A stretch of 64,000 nucleotides of DNA. Origin: Trichoplax adhaerens (lineage: Eukaryota > Animalia > Placozoa). Shown here in pieces: positions 62,801 through 64,000 of this stretch. Where the stretch lies: NCBI RefSeq assembly GCF_000150275.1, contig NW_002060943.1:9704209-9768208 (forward strand), in the 5' to 3' direction. Each line of letters begins with the position of its first letter. Within the stretch, counting starts at the first letter, position 1. Position numbers and translations under genes: made by a program. Under the pieces are notes generated by a model. The model worked only from the letters and a program-made list of their open reading frames with translations, was not told the origin of the DNA and did not search any database.

Positions 62801-63880
62801 TATCTTGCATTAATGGCACTATCGCACTAATAGCGGGTTTTAAGTCAGATTCTGATTAATGCGGGTGTACTAACAGCATTTAAAACGGGTAAATCAGACT
62901 GTGACTTATCTTGCGCCTAGTATCTTATAAAATTAGGAGAGGTTCACCTTTAAGGCTTTTTGTGACAGAAACAAGTGAAAGTATAAAATTGGAAAATATG
63001 CTGAATACAGTAACCACGAGCTAAAATTATGAGTCCAAAACATGGTCAAGATCTACTTTAGAAACTGCTATCTACAGTATTCCCATATTTACAAATTTTT
63101 CATTTCATACAACCGTAATCGTTATGAGAAACTTTTAAGTTGTTATATCATCTCATTGTTATACTCCATAGACAATGAAATGTAGAAGACCTTCAGAGCA
63201 TGTGCATATTTACGTTTGAATTCAACTTATAGCAGCATAACGAATAACGTTATTAAAGTCTATATACGTAATGCATGTATACTAGTTATGGAATAACTGA
63301 TTGTGATATATATATCCGTATACATATGAATAGTTAACACGCAGTTCTACCACCATATTAAGACATCAAGATACAGCACTGAAGCCTAACATGGTATTAA
63401 ATAGATCAATACAGTATGTGCTTACACCCAGCGTATATACTGTAAGCTGTGTAAAAATTAACATACAGCTGTGAGTTGGATAGTACTTTCATGCTTATTA
63501 CTATTTTAAGTATACATACGTAGCTTCAGGATCAAAAAAGGACCACGCTTGCACAAATTCGTCGAGATGATGAGGGCCAAGAATTGAAATATCTCTCGTC
63601 AGGTAATCGAAGTTATCCATAATAACGGCTACAAATAGGTTTATTACCTATAAGAATATCACAACGTTTTACGAACATTTTGTCTATAATATCAATCACA
63701 TCGAAAATTCTTAAATCAAGCCTTTGCCAAAATGAGCTTACCAAAAATGATGAAAGGACGTAAAATGAAGAAAAATATAAATAACTAATGTTGCTGCCAC
63801 ATGAATTTTCACTGCACCCATTACCGGTCCTCCAAGTGCAACTAAGTGTAATTAGTTGCCAGTTTTCACCAGTAGCGCAG
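59871..63880 (-). CDS. 3' part of an L-type voltage-gated calcium channel alpha-1 subunit (Cav1); the gene continues beyond the window end
   Basis: Exons: domain IV pore CATGENWQ (from 63880); IVS6/EF-hand [31 protein letters not shown]; [26 protein letters not shown]; pre-[40 protein letters not shown]; IQ exon 61002-61117; [26 protein letters not shown] and FNATxFALVR are Cav1-type rather than Cav2-type. The last exon choice is uncertain. Confidence 0.92.
62780..62914. repeat. 53-bp-period array of hairpin units (CGGGTAAGTCGGATCCGACTTATCTTGC-like), 3 copies, in a Cav1 intron
   Basis: Units start at 62780, 62833 and 62886; the first contains the perfect 18-bp palindrome taagtcggatccgactta (62785-62802). 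Confidence 0.75.
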
Positions 63881-64000
63881 CTATATCAACAGAAAAGTCA
63901 AGGAAGCTAGTCATTTATATTTAAAGAATCGATTTTCATACGTTTACAGAATCATCTCCGCTGTAAAACGAGCAGCGCACAATTAATGCACGGATTACTG

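Overview
AT-rich (about two-thirds A+T by eye), gene-dense eukaryotic nuclear DNA with many short (60-150 nt) GT-AG introns. Gene content and style fit an early-branching animal, most likely a placozoan (Trichoplax-like); the taxon is inferred, not confirmed. I reconstructed ten protein-coding genes by hand: ING3(+), a receptor tyrosine phosphatase with Ig-FN3-TM-D1-D2(-), CHCHD4/Mia40(+, missed by the ORF track), SLC35C1(-), LRIG(+), PHF8/KDM7(-), muskelin MKLN1(+), PMPCB(-), an intronless STK35/PDIK1L-like kinase with a C-terminal membrane anchor(+), and the 3' end of a Cav1 channel alpha-1 gene(-). The strongest non-coding signal is architectural. The ten genes alternate strand perfectly. 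Every head-to-head gap, and the ING3 5' flank, holds a dense (TACAG)n/(CTGTA)n palindromic pentamer array, while tail-to-tail gaps do not, which suggests a microsatellite-defined promoter system. Other points: class I PDZ-ligand tails on three membrane proteins, an IQ-to-IR change in Cav1, a Cys-less Ig domain in LRIG, a fully degenerate PTP D2 domain, a probable GC-AG intron, a stem-loop cluster, two ~53-bp-period hairpin arrays and small MITE-like or dispersed repeats. I found no rRNA, tRNA or CRISPR array.
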